IMG/VR virus record: IMGVR_UViG_3300032177_000002
Coordinates: 39,084 to 103,083 of that record
Origin: a virus
Direction: 5' to 3' (one strand)
DNA length: 64,000 nucleotides
Made by a program: the position numbers and the translations under genes. The number at the start of each line of letters is the position of its first letter. The stretch's first letter is position 1. This document shows, in pieces, positions 1 through 9,922 of the stretch. The notes beneath the pieces are model-generated. The model saw only the letters and a list, made by a program, of their open reading frames with translations, was not told the origin of the DNA and ran no database searches.

Positions 1-123
1 CCCAAGTTTTAGATTAGCTGCAGAAGCTTTTAACTTCTGGAACATACCTTCAGCTTTACCCATTGATGCTATTGCTGCCGAAGAATCAAACCTTAGTACC
101 GCTGATAATGAAAGGTCGGCCAT
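1..123 (-). CDS. Tail tape measure protein, N-terminus (runs off window)
   Basis: Manual translation MADLSLSAVLRFDSSAAIASMGKAEGMFQKLKASAANLKLG; lies directly after tube and chaperone genes. Confidence 0.7.
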   Translation of the reverse strand, partial: MADLSLSAVLRFDSSAAIASMGKAEGMFQKLKASAANLKLG

Positions 124-126
124 TAC

Positions 127-318
127 TTATTTCCTACGCGCCTGTTTGGCGTCTTCCTTATATTGCTTCCCCAGCCGTTTAATAAACCACGCACGCTCTT
201 TCGGTGTCATTTCGAGTATATCCGAAAACGAGAATCCATGGCCATACCACATAAGCAAATGGATCTCCTCCTTCAACGTTTCAGCGCAACCAACGGAACT
301 GAAGAATCGAAGAAAGGG
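127..318 (-). other. -1 frameshift extension of tail assembly chaperone; slippery heptamer CCCTTTC at 318-312
   Basis: In-frame C-CCT-TTC (X XXY YYZ) near chaperone end; -1 frame open to TAA at 127 (..LKEEIHLLMWYGHGFSFSDILEMTPKERAWFIKRLGKQYKEDAKQARRK). Confidence 0.75.
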
Positions 319-1106
319 TCAAAAGCCCAATTTAACGCGTCCTTAATCTGTACGCCACAATCAGCTTTAGGGCAATCTATGGATGTTCGCATATCAGGTC
401 CTGCTGACACGATTGCCGCCTGTCTATCTATTCGCAGCATATCCATCTTCCCGATATCATCTATCTCAGAGTCTTTGATAATATACCCAGGTGGAGTGCC
501 ATCTACTTCGGAGACAGACTCCCGCAATTGAGCGTAAGAAAGCCCACCTGTGCTAGAACCACCGGATCCCGCTGCAAACATAGCCTGGTATTTAACTGGT
601 TGTAGCTTTAACTTCTTGCAGGTTTTGCCGTTCTCTAACTTAAAACCATCTTTTAAATCAACCCAAGTTGATAGCTCATCCACTTTCTCAACTACTTTAA
701 CCTCAGTAGTCCATAAGTCAGCTTTTGAAATACCTTTAGTTCCACACCTCTGGCACCGATATGGTACCTCTATCATCTCAGATACATTTAGGATTCTTGA
801 ATACAGATACACATAAAGCACATCCGCAAAATACCAGTTATAAATTTTAAACTCAGAGTCAGCCGTGGAATCCCCAGACTCGGCTAATGGATATGATACA
901 CCACCTGCGCTTTCTACAATAAGTGATAAGAACTTGGCGGCTAGATGCGCCATAGTCCTTCCCTCATTTGCTTCCCTATAGATATTTAGGAACCTATCTA
1001 CTTTGCTTTTGTAAGGACGTAGAACGAATGATTTGTCAAGCTTCCCATCTTTAAGCACTCCTACAGGAAGTTGCATCCCCAATTCTCTTACAATAGTTTT
1101 TCGCAT
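273..1106 (-). CDS. Tail assembly chaperone / baseplate-hub assembly-like protein (CxxC motifs)
   Basis: Between tube and tape measure; CQRC and CPKADC motifs; ATG at 1106 preferred to TTG at 1121. Confidence 0.65.
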   Translation of the reverse strand: MRKTIVRELGMQLPVGVLKDGKLDKSFVLRPYKSKVDRFLNIYREANEGRTMAHLAAKFLSLIVESAGGVSYPLAESGDSTADSEFKIYNWYFADVLYVYLYSRILNVSEMIEVPYRCQRCGTKGISKADLWTTEVKVVEKVDELSTWVDLKDGFKLENGKTCKKLKLQPVKYQAMFAAGSGGSSTGGLSYAQLRESVSEVDGTPPGYIIKDSEIDDIGKMDMLRIDRQAAIVSAGPDMRTSIDCPKADCGVQIKDALNWAFDPFFDSSVPLVALKR

Positions 1107-1174
1107 TATTATACCTTCCAATTATGCCGTCTAAGGCACTTGTGAAGAATGTGGCGGGTCCACGTACTGAAGTA

Positions 1175-1627
1175 CTATCCTGGCACCATATAAAAAGAAT
1201 CAGCTTTCATCGTCCAGGTTATAATTGCCATATCACCGTCGTTATCCAAATCTAAATCAGACTGGCTTCGTTTGCTAAGCCACAAATTATATAACATGAA
1301 CTTTTGACTACGCCCAGGATATTCGTTTAGTATAAGCAACGTTCCAATTTTTAAGTAAAGTGGCAGAGTGTTCACACATTGCTGCCACCAACCCTCCATT
1401 GCAACAACTTCTATTACATGATGCATAGGTTGATCTACTTCGAATTCAACTTGTTTTTCTCTTCCCCCACTTCTAGTTGTTCTATCAGGAAGGTCAACTG
1501 TATCCAATTCCATTTCCAATCCGCTAATACGTGTAAATAACGGTTTTGGAAATGCCAGTGGTACAATCATCAATTCAAACTTATTTACTTGAACCCTGTT
1601 ACTTTGTAGTACACCTTTAATAGACAT
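1175..1627 (-). CDS. Tail tube protein (gp19-like)
   Basis: 150 aa immediately downstream of sheath; ISGLEMELD..., YNLWLSK...SDLD tube-like motifs. Confidence 0.8.
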   Translation of the reverse strand: MSIKGVLQSNRVQVNKFELMIVPLAFPKPLFTRISGLEMELDTVDLPDRTTRSGGREKQVEFEVDQPMHHVIEVVAMEGWWQQCVNTLPLYLKIGTLLILNEYPGRSQKFMLYNLWLSKRSQSDLDLDNDGDMAIITWTMKADSFYMVPG

Positions 1628-1639
1628 TGGTTACTCCTT

Positions 1640-3991
1640 CTATGCAGCCGCCGAAGCTTCAAAAATACCCATTTTTCCAATCGTGATAATAAATCGTTCT
1701 ACCGTATCAGCTAACCGCAAACTTATTTCTACGTTCAAGTCACCTTCTTCCCGCGTTGCATCCGTATTATTTTCATCATCCAACTTTATCTTACACGCGT
1801 CGTCAAATGTTGTCCCTCTAAGCGCACGCTTTTTCCATTCTGCCATAAAAAATGATTGCAATGTAGCTATCAACATCGGTTGCTCTGACGGGTCATTTAT
1901 AGCGAATATCACCCAGTCAAAACTTTCCTGAAGGACATGCTCATAATAGCTCATTAGTTCCCTATGCTGACAGAACTTCCATGCGCTATCCTGAGATGGT
2001 AACCTAGCCCCCCAGATCACAAAGTTCCCTTGTTTCCGCTCAATACGTTGTAGTCCAGCCGGATTAAGTACTTCCCCATTCAATCTAGTATCCCTAGTAG
2101 GGATCTCTATGATCTTAGGCAATGTAGTATAAATACCAGCAGCTACTTTATGATATCCATTATAATCCTTGGCCGTCTTCGACTCCCTACCATGCACCAT
2201 CCCCATTACGGGTACTAATTTTAGCAGCCCTTCTTTTGTTGGGTCTGCTACAGTAGCGTAACTTGGGAAAATTACCTTTTCATAGTTACTTCGTCCCAGA
2301 GTATCGGTGACATAGGCTTTTGCCACAAACTCATCAGTAACAGTGTCCTGAATCTCAACCCTAAACTGATGGTTCTTATCATCAGCATACGCAACTCCAG
2401 CCTTCTGGACCACGGTTGCATCCACTGCCCCACCATACCTCCACACTCCAGGTACACCGAACTTAATTAAGCCGTAAGCCTGATCCTGCGTCTTATTAAA
2501 TGGGGACGTTCCAGAATCAAATACATCAGTAAAATCCGCTGAATCTAACTTGTAGATCCCATCATACCCTCCACTCAGTGTTTGCCGGTACTGCAGCCGT
2601 ACCTTTATGCCTCCTGCTAAAGTTCCACCACAAGTAAGATCCCCACTACCTATGCTTACTTGCGTTTCAGCGTTGTCTGACATCGAGAACCCGCCCTTAG
2701 GGGCTACACTTACGTCCGGTAAAATAATCTTCCCGTTAATTGCCTCATCTGCAACCAATGGCAACACATAGATTGTAAACTTTTCACCAACTACCGGGGT
2801 CACACCGCTTACCGTAAATCCTATTGAATATACATTGTCAGCCACGTAAGCTACGGCATTTGTAGGAATAGCAAACGTATGACTAGTTTGCTTATTAACA
2901 GAAGATAATTTCCAAACTGCGGGAGGACCGGCACTAGTTACTTCCAACACATACGTATCCGGGATTACTTTCGACCCAAAAGTAAATGCGGTAAGCGTAT
3001 TGTCACTCGCCAACGAGGCATCTACTTTTACACATGCTGTGCTCAGTGTAGCCACGCTAGAAGTTATTGCTGTATGGGCAACTACACCAAACCAGTTAGC
3101 GGGTCGTACATCCGCAGTTGCAGCACCCGACCACAAATCCGTCACTACGATGTAATAATTACTTGTGTCTTTGTTAATTACTCCTACGTAATAGTTAGCT
3201 GCTGATGGATCAGATGATAGGTCTGGGTATATTTTCACCAAGGAATCATCTACATATACTTTTAATCCCCATTCGGTGCTTGGTTTAAGTTGACCATCCA
3301 TTACCTCTACCGCCAGCTTCTTTTCACGCCCCCACTCATCCGTATTTTCCAGCACTAGGATAACTTCTTTATCCGTGGATACCCCAAAATCTGTTAGTGC
3401 CTTGCTGTCTGCCGCCAATGTGATTTCGCATCTTGCACTTACGGTTCCTTCTGTGTTCGACACGATACTGTAAGTCTTGGATGCCCCTGTTAGAGTTAAT
3501 TGGCTACCCTTCCATTTGTTTTTCGGTACGAGGAACCCTGTTGGTAGCGTTATTACTGTGTTTGTAATGTCAGTAGGAACAGCTGTAAGATCTACAACTA
3601 CAGTATCCTTCTTTCCTCCCCATTTCCCCACATTATTAGCATCCACCTTAACTACTTTGTTACGCGGTGTTTTCCTATCCCACAAAGTCAAAGTTGATGC
3701 AACACCCGATCCGTCGTCTAGCCTATCCAAGAATAGAACACCTGCTCCATTACCGTGATCCCAAAAATCCTGGCAGACATCAGGCAGCAATGAATCAGGC
3801 GTCAAACCACCTGTTTTTGTAAACAAATCCTTTTTTCCAGACGTGATAATCAAATCGCCAACTTTACCGCGTTCTAGTACGCCCACGTAAGCTGTCGATC
3901 CAAGTATGTGCGCCTGAATAGTTTTATCCGCATCCTTCTCGATAATGACCGTTCCTGCATCCAGGGTCGGTCCAAAACGCTTCTGAGACAT
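1640..3991 (-). CDS. Contractile tail sheath protein
   Basis: C-terminal LNPAG..IWGAR..WVIFAIND..ALRG..KLDDENNT..ERFIITI sheath motifs; large beta-rich insertion. Confidence 0.93.
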   Translation of the reverse strand: MSQKRFGPTLDAGTVIIEKDADKTIQAHILGSTAYVGVLERGKVGDLIITSGKKDLFTKTGGLTPDSLLPDVCQDFWDHGNGAGVLFLDRLDDGSGVASTLTLWDRKTPRNKVVKVDANNVGKWGGKKDTVVVDLTAVPTDITNTVITLPTGFLVPKNKWKGSQLTLTGASKTYSIVSNTEGTVSARCEITLAADSKALTDFGVSTDKEVILVLENTDEWGREKKLAVEVMDGQLKPSTEWGLKVYVDDSLVKIYPDLSSDPSAANYYVGVINKDTSNYYIVVTDLWSGAATADVRPANWFGVVAHTAITSSVATLSTACVKVDASLASDNTLTAFTFGSKVIPDTYVLEVTSAGPPAVWKLSSVNKQTSHTFAIPTNAVAYVADNVYSIGFTVSGVTPVVGEKFTIYVLPLVADEAINGKIILPDVSVAPKGGFSMSDNAETQVSIGSGDLTCGGTLAGGIKVRLQYRQTLSGGYDGIYKLDSADFTDVFDSGTSPFNKTQDQAYGLIKFGVPGVWRYGGAVDATVVQKAGVAYADDKNHQFRVEIQDTVTDEFVAKAYVTDTLGRSNYEKVIFPSYATVADPTKEGLLKLVPVMGMVHGRESKTAKDYNGYHKVAAGIYTTLPKIIEIPTRDTRLNGEVLNPAGLQRIERKQGNFVIWGARLPSQDSAWKFCQHRELMSYYEHVLQESFDWVIFAINDPSEQPMLIATLQSFFMAEWKKRALRGTTFDDACKIKLDDENNTDATREEGDLNVEISLRLADTVERFIITIGKMGIFEASAAA

Positions 3992-4020
3992 ATTTATTCT
4001 CCTCTTTTACGGGTTACCTG

Positions 4021-5277
4021 TTATTCGGCCCATAGCGGCCCGCCCCTGTTGCTTTGGCCTATAGCAAGGTTAATTCGCTCAATCAAATGATAATGATCTT
4101 CAGGTAATAACCAGAAATACACATTATCTAATCGTATATTCAACGACGATTCATGCCTATCATTCATGTTTGGTCTGGGAGAGAATGCCATCGGGGATAC
4201 CAGCCTCATAGAAATGTATTGGCAAAGATCTCTCCATAACAACATAGGCGTATTTGCTATATAATGTAATGCCTTATCCATCATGGATAACAAAGTCCTG
4301 TTATTGCCTGCTAACAATACTACATTAAACTGTAGTGTAAGTCTAAACGGCAACTTACGCACGGTAGCCGTGTTATCCGTAATATTTTTTATTTCCTGAT
4401 AAGCCACGTTCTGCACGCTTCGCACGCTTATAGTATCTATAACTATGGATGGTATCCTCTCCACTTCTATATAATCTTGTGATCCCCAGTTTATGTAAAT
4501 TTCTGGTTCTATAGTGAAGTGAATCCATAACGAAGTGCCTCGGGCCACGTCTACCTTAAGTTTTAAATCACGTGCGGTTAGATCCACGGTATCCAGCATA
4601 TTATTCAAATGAAGAGGATCAATCTTATGGTTATACACTCCATCTACAGATACTATCCTAAACATAGTCTCTAAATCAGACAAGCTTACATTGTATCCAC
4701 CAGGCGCGTCTAAAGCAAAATCAATTTGGGATCTTAAGTTATCTTTTAATGATGTTCCAACACTATCAGCTATAAGTGAATATAAATATTCAATATCGCA
4801 GTCCATAAGTAAATCTATATTACTAAGATACGGTGTATAAGCAGAATCAGAAGTTGCTAAATTTACCACCACCGCTATAGCCCTACTTCCCGCAGGAAAA
4901 GTTGCTATATGATCATTCATTTCAGATACTGTATTCCAATTAGACGTTCCAGCAGTTGCCCAAACAGTTCCGTTCCAATACTTGTTAGTTGTTCCGTCAT
5001 TCAATTTGAATTTTACAGAAGTACCATCTGGTTGTATTAACGGATCTGCACAAAAGTTTAGCCAACCCCTTACTGCCTGCGGTGTTGCAACCCACGTTTT
5101 AACCCATAGGTCTACATCCGTCGGGTATACAAGCTCATTTGTTACGTAATCCCTGCTCTGCGCGATTAACTCGATCCTGTTCGTTGATGGATTCAATCGT
5201 ACTTTTGTATTGTCGCTAAATGTTAATCTGCTTCTGTTACTTTCTTCGAATACGAATGGGTAAACAAGTTTCTGCAT
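4021..5277 (-). CDS. Tail completion/terminator-like structural protein
   Basis: Upstream of sheath; start at 5277 overlaps previous stop (TAATG). Confidence 0.5.
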   Translation of the reverse strand: MQKLVYPFVFEESNRSRLTFSDNTKVRLNPSTNRIELIAQSRDYVTNELVYPTDVDLWVKTWVATPQAVRGWLNFCADPLIQPDGTSVKFKLNDGTTNKYWNGTVWATAGTSNWNTVSEMNDHIATFPAGSRAIAVVVNLATSDSAYTPYLSNIDLLMDCDIEYLYSLIADSVGTSLKDNLRSQIDFALDAPGGYNVSLSDLETMFRIVSVDGVYNHKIDPLHLNNMLDTVDLTARDLKLKVDVARGTSLWIHFTIEPEIYINWGSQDYIEVERIPSIVIDTISVRSVQNVAYQEIKNITDNTATVRKLPFRLTLQFNVVLLAGNNRTLLSMMDKALHYIANTPMLLWRDLCQYISMRLVSPMAFSPRPNMNDRHESSLNIRLDNVYFWLLPEDHYHLIERINLAIGQSNRGGPLWAE

Positions 5278-5822
5278 TATTTTCCCCCACGCAATGCGGA
5301 TAGTACTGCCGCTTCCCAATTCTTCCTATATTCTAGCTGCATATTATGCGTTAATGCGGATTCCATAAATGGCCTAGGTGGTATTACTATAACAGTCGTT
5401 GTTTTCTTAAGCGGTTTAACTTTAGGGTTCTTGCTAGCTAGCCAGTGAAAATACCTACGCATCTTATCTGTAACAGGTACCTTTGCGCCGAAATGCAAAA
5501 TAACAGCTATATTTCGCGTGTGAGGCCCTTTTCTAAGTACTCCTATTTCTCCTACATTCCATGCTAACGTCCTGCCTATAAGAGACCCGACTAGTGCCCC
5601 AGTATCAACAAGTGGCCTGCTACTTCCTTTAATTGCGACAGTTAGCCACGAATTTTTAAGGAATTTGTTGCTGTAAATATCCTTTTTTACCTGATCCGCA
5701 CCAGAAATAACATTTAGACCTGTTGCTTTTTTTACATGATATCTAAGTCTGCGCTTAAAATTCTTTTTTGAAAGAAGTTCCTCTAACTTGTCAAATCCTG
5801 TTATTTCTAAATCAATTTTCAT
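5277..5822 (-). CDS. Neck/tail-completion (virion morphogenesis) protein
   Basis: PLVDTGAL and IPPRPFM motifs. Confidence 0.75.
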   Translation of the reverse strand: MKIDLEITGFDKLEELLSKKNFKRRLRYHVKKATGLNVISGADQVKKDIYSNKFLKNSWLTVAIKGSSRPLVDTGALVGSLIGRTLAWNVGEIGVLRKGPHTRNIAVILHFGAKVPVTDKMRRYFHWLASKNPKVKPLKKTTTVIVIPPRPFMESALTHNMQLEYRKNWEAAVLSALRGGK

Positions 5823-6239
5823 TTACCGTTGCCTGGATGGGCTTCGATCAGCAAAGTAAGACCTTACTAAAGTTGGGCCTCGCTGATCAGGGTAATGCCC
5901 CATCCACCTAAATGAAACTATATATAAATCAACATCCAGCGCGACTACTCCCTCTCCTATTTTTATTATCCTATCACCTATGTTTAACGTCACATGCGCT
6001 ACTGCTAAGTCAGAAGTCAAAAATAATAGATATCCATCAGACGATGCTTCTACTGTCATATCGGACGACTGCTGCGTCCTGTCTAACCCCCATTGTACCT
6101 GCGCCCGAAGCTTTATCGACGTCTCTCTTCTTACTTGTCCTACTGGCTCATGAAGAATAGGATCCATTACTGCCGTATTTACCTTATCAGACTTACGAAG
6201 GTAAACAGGTATTGGATGAATAAGTGTAGGTATCGGCAT
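5823..6239 (-). CDS. Head closure / head-tail adaptor
   Basis: 138 aa; D.ILHEP and GDRI motifs; position in neck cluster. Confidence 0.6.
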   Translation of the reverse strand: MPIPTLIHPIPVYLRKSDKVNTAVMDPILHEPVGQVRRETSIKLRAQVQWGLDRTQQSSDMTVEASSDGYLLFLTSDLAVAHVTLNIGDRIIKIGEGVVALDVDLYIVSFRWMGHYPDQRGPTLVRSYFADRSPSRQR

Positions 6240-6242
6240 TCA

Positions 6243-6977
6243 TCACCAAGCAGAAACGTACATCGGATAATAAGTCTCTGGCATTAAATCTAATGCTGTT
6301 ATTCCTTGCGGTGAATCAACTATCCATGGTCTCCTGTAAATACCCAGTACATCCATTATTCTTCTAGGTACCATCTCGTATGCTGACTGCGATGATGCGC
6401 TGTAATCATACTCCATAGAATGCCCGTCCGTAGTCTCCTTGCTCACGTGCCCATACTTGCTAGACGACTCAAAGTAACTATCCAAATCTAAACAAACCAA
6501 CTCGATAATAGCAGCCTTAATAGGTACCGGAGTAATATAGGTTCCAGGCGTAAGACCATCATCCACGAATCCCCATTTTGCTGTAATATACTGGTTTAAC
6601 CCGTTCGCAAATACTCCTGGGATTGTCCTAAAAATTGCAGAAGTACCAGTAGGAGTAAGCATAATTTTTGGGTTACGCCTATCATCCTGCATCGGTGTCC
6701 TGCCAGTATATGCCGTAAATTCCGTGCTTGCTAACGGGGCATCTTGCGAATTAGTTCGCACGGAAGAAACCTCTATTAAGGGCAAATTGAAATGCATTAT
6801 CCTAGAATTATTACCGTTAAATACAAGTTCTCCAGGCTCCATAACACGAAACACGTTTCCGGTTATTTGCTCAACTATTTTCTCCCATTTAGCTATCCTG
6901 GCTTCTATCCTAACAGCAGAGGCTGACGCTGGTGCGCCTTCAGCTTTTATATCTGCTATAGTGGCATAATTACCCAT
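6243..6977 (-). CDS. Head-tail connector (head completion) protein
   Basis: YATIADIK N-terminus; P.PIKAAIIEL; KETTDGHS..Y; VLGIYRR. Confidence 0.75.
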   Translation of the reverse strand: MGNYATIADIKAEGAPASASAVRIEARIAKWEKIVEQITGNVFRVMEPGELVFNGNNSRIMHFNLPLIEVSSVRTNSQDAPLASTEFTAYTGRTPMQDDRRNPKIMLTPTGTSAIFRTIPGVFANGLNQYITAKWGFVDDGLTPGTYITPVPIKAAIIELVCLDLDSYFESSSKYGHVSKETTDGHSMEYDYSASSQSAYEMVPRRIMDVLGIYRRPWIVDSPQGITALDLMPETYYPMYVSAW

Positions 6978-6980
6978 CTG

Positions 6981-7397
6981 TTATGTCCTACCTGCCCCCG
7001 GTACTCCCGGCATGGTTTCTGCACCGGCGATAAAAATCTCCACCTGTGTCGGGTTATTTGCAACCGTATTTATGCGAAGGAATAAAAAGGCTCCATTTAC
7101 GGTCGCGTCGAATGCGTCACCACTAGATAACGCAGCAGTATTAGCTCCTGCAACAGCTAAATGCTGCCCACTGTCGTACTTCAAAAGTTCAAGTGGCTGA
7201 AGAACTATTGTAGGAGAAGCTCCACCTGTTAGTTTAACAAACCCTTTAACAGTCTTGTATCCAGCACAATCCACGGTACTTCTAGGATTGCTTGCTAGCA
7301 GAACTACCAAATCGGTAGCATCAGCCGCTACCGGTGCCCCATAAATACCTCTATGAATTATATAAAACGGCTTACTTTTTAATTGCGCGTTGTTCAT
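6981..7397 (-). CDS. Putative virion structural protein
   Basis: Beta-rich 138-aa ORF in structural operon. Confidence 0.5.
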   Translation of the reverse strand: MNNAQLKSKPFYIIHRGIYGAPVAADATDLVVLLASNPRSTVDCAGYKTVKGFVKLTGGASPTIVLQPLELLKYDSGQHLAVAGANTAALSSGDAFDATVNGAFLFLRINTVANNPTQVEIFIAGAETMPGVPGAGRT

Positions 7398-7407
7398 TCA
7401 TTTTCTC

Positions 7408-7812
7408 CTACGTTGTTGCCCTGGTTATGTTCGGCAAGAATTCTATAATGCCCCAAGCCACAGTTATTATTTTTGTCTCACCATCCATCAACGCTTTTAC
7501 CTGCAAATCATAACCCCATTGCCCCTCCAAATCCGATGTTTTATCTTTTGTAAATTTTACTACGAACTCACCGTAAGTCGCATTCGTGATCTCGATCTCG
7601 GTTGGTACTGCACTACTTAGCTGCAATTTTGCTTCCGCATCCGTCTTTATTGATACCTCCTTTATCGTCATCCAAATCTTACTGCCGGTTAGGTTTAACG
7701 GTGCATCTCCGATAGTAACATAGAACTTGTAATAGTAGTCATCACCAGCATGAAGTGTTCTGTAACTCAAAGATCTTAAGTACTCTGCAGTAATATCCAG
7801 TTCGTTACTCAC
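7408..7812 (-). CDS. BppU-like Ig-fold virion protein
   Basis: GD...PLNLTG..IWMTIK...T..L.G.WGYDLQV pattern. Confidence 0.6.
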   Translation of the reverse strand: MSNELDITAEYLRSLSYRTLHAGDDYYYKFYVTIGDAPLNLTGSKIWMTIKEVSIKTDAEAKLQLSSAVPTEIEITNATYGEFVVKFTKDKTSDLEGQWGYDLQVKALMDGETKIITVAWGIIEFLPNITRATT

Positions 7813-8045
7813 GACAGTATCCTTCCAGTGTATTTTTTGACATCTATTGCTACTTCTGCATCCCTACCCATACTTATCGATGTTTCCCCATCTATACCTA
7901 ACATCAAAGCAGCATACGCGTCACTAGGTACTTCCATAATCCAAAGTGGCTGAGAACCTTCGTCCCCTATAGACATAAATTTCGGGCGTCTACCAGATAA
8001 ATGGATCCCTTGTGATGATCTATCACCGTATACTGCTATGAACAT
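7809..8045 (-). CDS. Hypothetical protein
   Basis: Tightly packed 78-aa ORF. Confidence 0.5.
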   Translation of the reverse strand: MFIAVYGDRSSQGIHLSGRRPKFMSIGDEGSQPLWIMEVPSDAYAALMLGIDGETSISMGRDAEVAIDVKKYTGRILS

Positions 8046-8048
8046 CTT

Positions 8049-8732
8049 TTATCCAACAGTGAATATGCCCTTACCACTTGATATTATACCAACCCCAGTA
8101 ACTGTGACCTGTGATATAGAATAATACGACTTATTAGTTACTAAAACTGTAGCTTTTTCTATTTTACAGAATCCATTAGTGTCTGGTGATAAATCAGATA
8201 TCTCAAATAATTGAACTCCTGCGTCAGAATACCATGTTACAGAAACCGAAACCGGAGTCCTAAGTAAAGTGTTACCGTATTCTATCCATACTAGACCAGT
8301 TAATAAGCCATTAAATGTATCGTAGCTATACGACTGCATAACGGTATATGATCCACTTCCAATCTTGTCTACCCATTGCCCTACTCTAATTTCACCAGCT
8401 TGTGGAACATTAGATGCCCCATTTACGCCATCCTGCAAAACAATTACTTGGTACGCGTCATTACCTTCTGCGTTTACTATAGTAGATGTATCAAAATCTA
8501 ATCTATACTCGCCCGGAGAGTACGTCGGGTTCACCTCACCCATCATTTTTAAAAGTGCTCCTACGTTAGCCGGCTCTTTAAATTCCATATCATTCCAGTC
8601 AAGGTACTTTCCGTCAGATATTCTCCATATTTTAGCCTTTATGTTCGTTCTATACGTCAACGGCTGGCCAAATTGATCCAGCAGCATTGCTACTATCGGC
8701 TCTGTGCTTCCTGTTTCAATACGTTCACTCAT
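8049..8732 (-). CDS. Structural protein, short paralogue of 12724-14772
   Basis: Shares C-terminal domain YTVxQSYSY..GLVWxE..GKGIFTVG. Confidence 0.65.
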   Translation of the reverse strand: MSERIETGSTEPIVAMLLDQFGQPLTYRTNIKAKIWRISDGKYLDWNDMEFKEPANVGALLKMMGEVNPTYSPGEYRLDFDTSTIVNAEGNDAYQVIVLQDGVNGASNVPQAGEIRVGQWVDKIGSGSYTVMQSYSYDTFNGLLTGLVWIEYGNTLLRTPVSVSVTWYSDAGVQLFEISDLSPDTNGFCKIEKATVLVTNKSYYSISQVTVTGVGIISSGKGIFTVG

Positions 8733-8848
8733 TGATACTAATTCACTTTTATCTGAAAAGTAATGGCTGCGTAAGAATTATATATAAATTGCGGTATAGT
8801 CACTGTATTCACTAATCTCCACCTAAAAATCTACTTTTTATAGCCGTA

Positions 8849-9847
8849 TTAAAGATACTCATCGACCCAACTTTTTACTCCATATATAATCCAATTTAGA
8901 TCTAAGGCACCAGATGATCTATACCGTTTTCGCCAAATATTTTTAGTACTCCCTAGAGGCGCGTAAAATATTATAATGCCTTTTGCATTACCAGAATTAA
9001 CTGCGCCTGATAGATACAATCCCTGATAGGTACTTGTACCATTTATGCTCCAAAAAATTTGCCAATAACAATTCTCTTGTTTTAAATCTAAATAACTACT
9101 CCATTGCATTGATGACGCAGTAGCAGGAACATAACTAGTTAAAGAAAGTTCTGTAAGGCTAGCCTCTGGCTCTATATAGCCTGCTCCACCACCATCGTAG
9201 ACTATTCCCTCAGATACGATCACGTAAAAGAACTCATTCCCGCGTTGATGGACTGTCTTTAAATTACTACTGCTATTATTCCTAATAGCACCTATATATT
9301 TCCAAAGCGGCCATCCAGTAGGCCCAGTTGGCGGAGCAGTAACTGAGCAAATAGCACCCAATTCTCCTGCAGCTACAGCAGGGACTAGATAACAATAATA
9401 CCATTTATCAGAAGCTTCACTTCCAGTATCTATACCACCTCTGCCACTAACCGCTAAATTTATAGTCAATGGGCTCGTAATAGTATAAATCAATCCACCC
9501 TGAAGAATTGCTTTTAGTGTAGAACTGGCCCCAGGTTTAGATTTCACATTAACTGTACTGGCACTACTATACTCTAAAATGGGTATATTTTCTGTCGCTA
9601 TAGACACAAGATCACTAAGCGTATAAGGTCCGCAAGTAGCATCTTGCAATTTAAGATTATCACCATCCCTCCAAACCAATACTGATTCATCGGCCGACCC
9701 AGTTGCTGGTTGAAAATAAAATCCTCTACCAGATAAAGCATCTTCTGTTTCATTCATGCCTACAGGTTGAATGTCTTCTTCAGTGCCTCCCTTAGCGGAG
9801 CTTTCCCATTTAACAGCTTGTACTCTATCTATATTTGGTGGTGGCAT
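8849..9847 (-). CDS. Putative tail fibre / receptor-binding protein
   Basis: GGIDTGSEASDKWYY..Y and YIGAIRNNSS motifs typical of fibre domains. Confidence 0.6.
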   Translation of the reverse strand: MPPPNIDRVQAVKWESSAKGGTEEDIQPVGMNETEDALSGRGFYFQPATGSADESVLVWRDGDNLKLQDATCGPYTLSDLVSIATENIPILEYSSASTVNVKSKPGASSTLKAILQGGLIYTITSPLTINLAVSGRGGIDTGSEASDKWYYCYLVPAVAAGELGAICSVTAPPTGPTGWPLWKYIGAIRNNSSSNLKTVHQRGNEFFYVIVSEGIVYDGGGAGYIEPEASLTELSLTSYVPATASSMQWSSYLDLKQENCYWQIFWSINGTSTYQGLYLSGAVNSGNAKGIIIFYAPLGSTKNIWRKRYRSSGALDLNWIIYGVKSWVDEYL

Positions 9848-9922
9848 ACCTTAGCATACCAAATATTAGGGGTAATGAGAAGAAGACGAGCGGGTTACAA
9901 CTACGCGGATACTTTCGGGATA

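Noticed and set aside
1640-7812. Bacterial contractile injection system or tailocin
   Set aside because: Linked to capsid, portal, terminase and replication genes, so a complete phage
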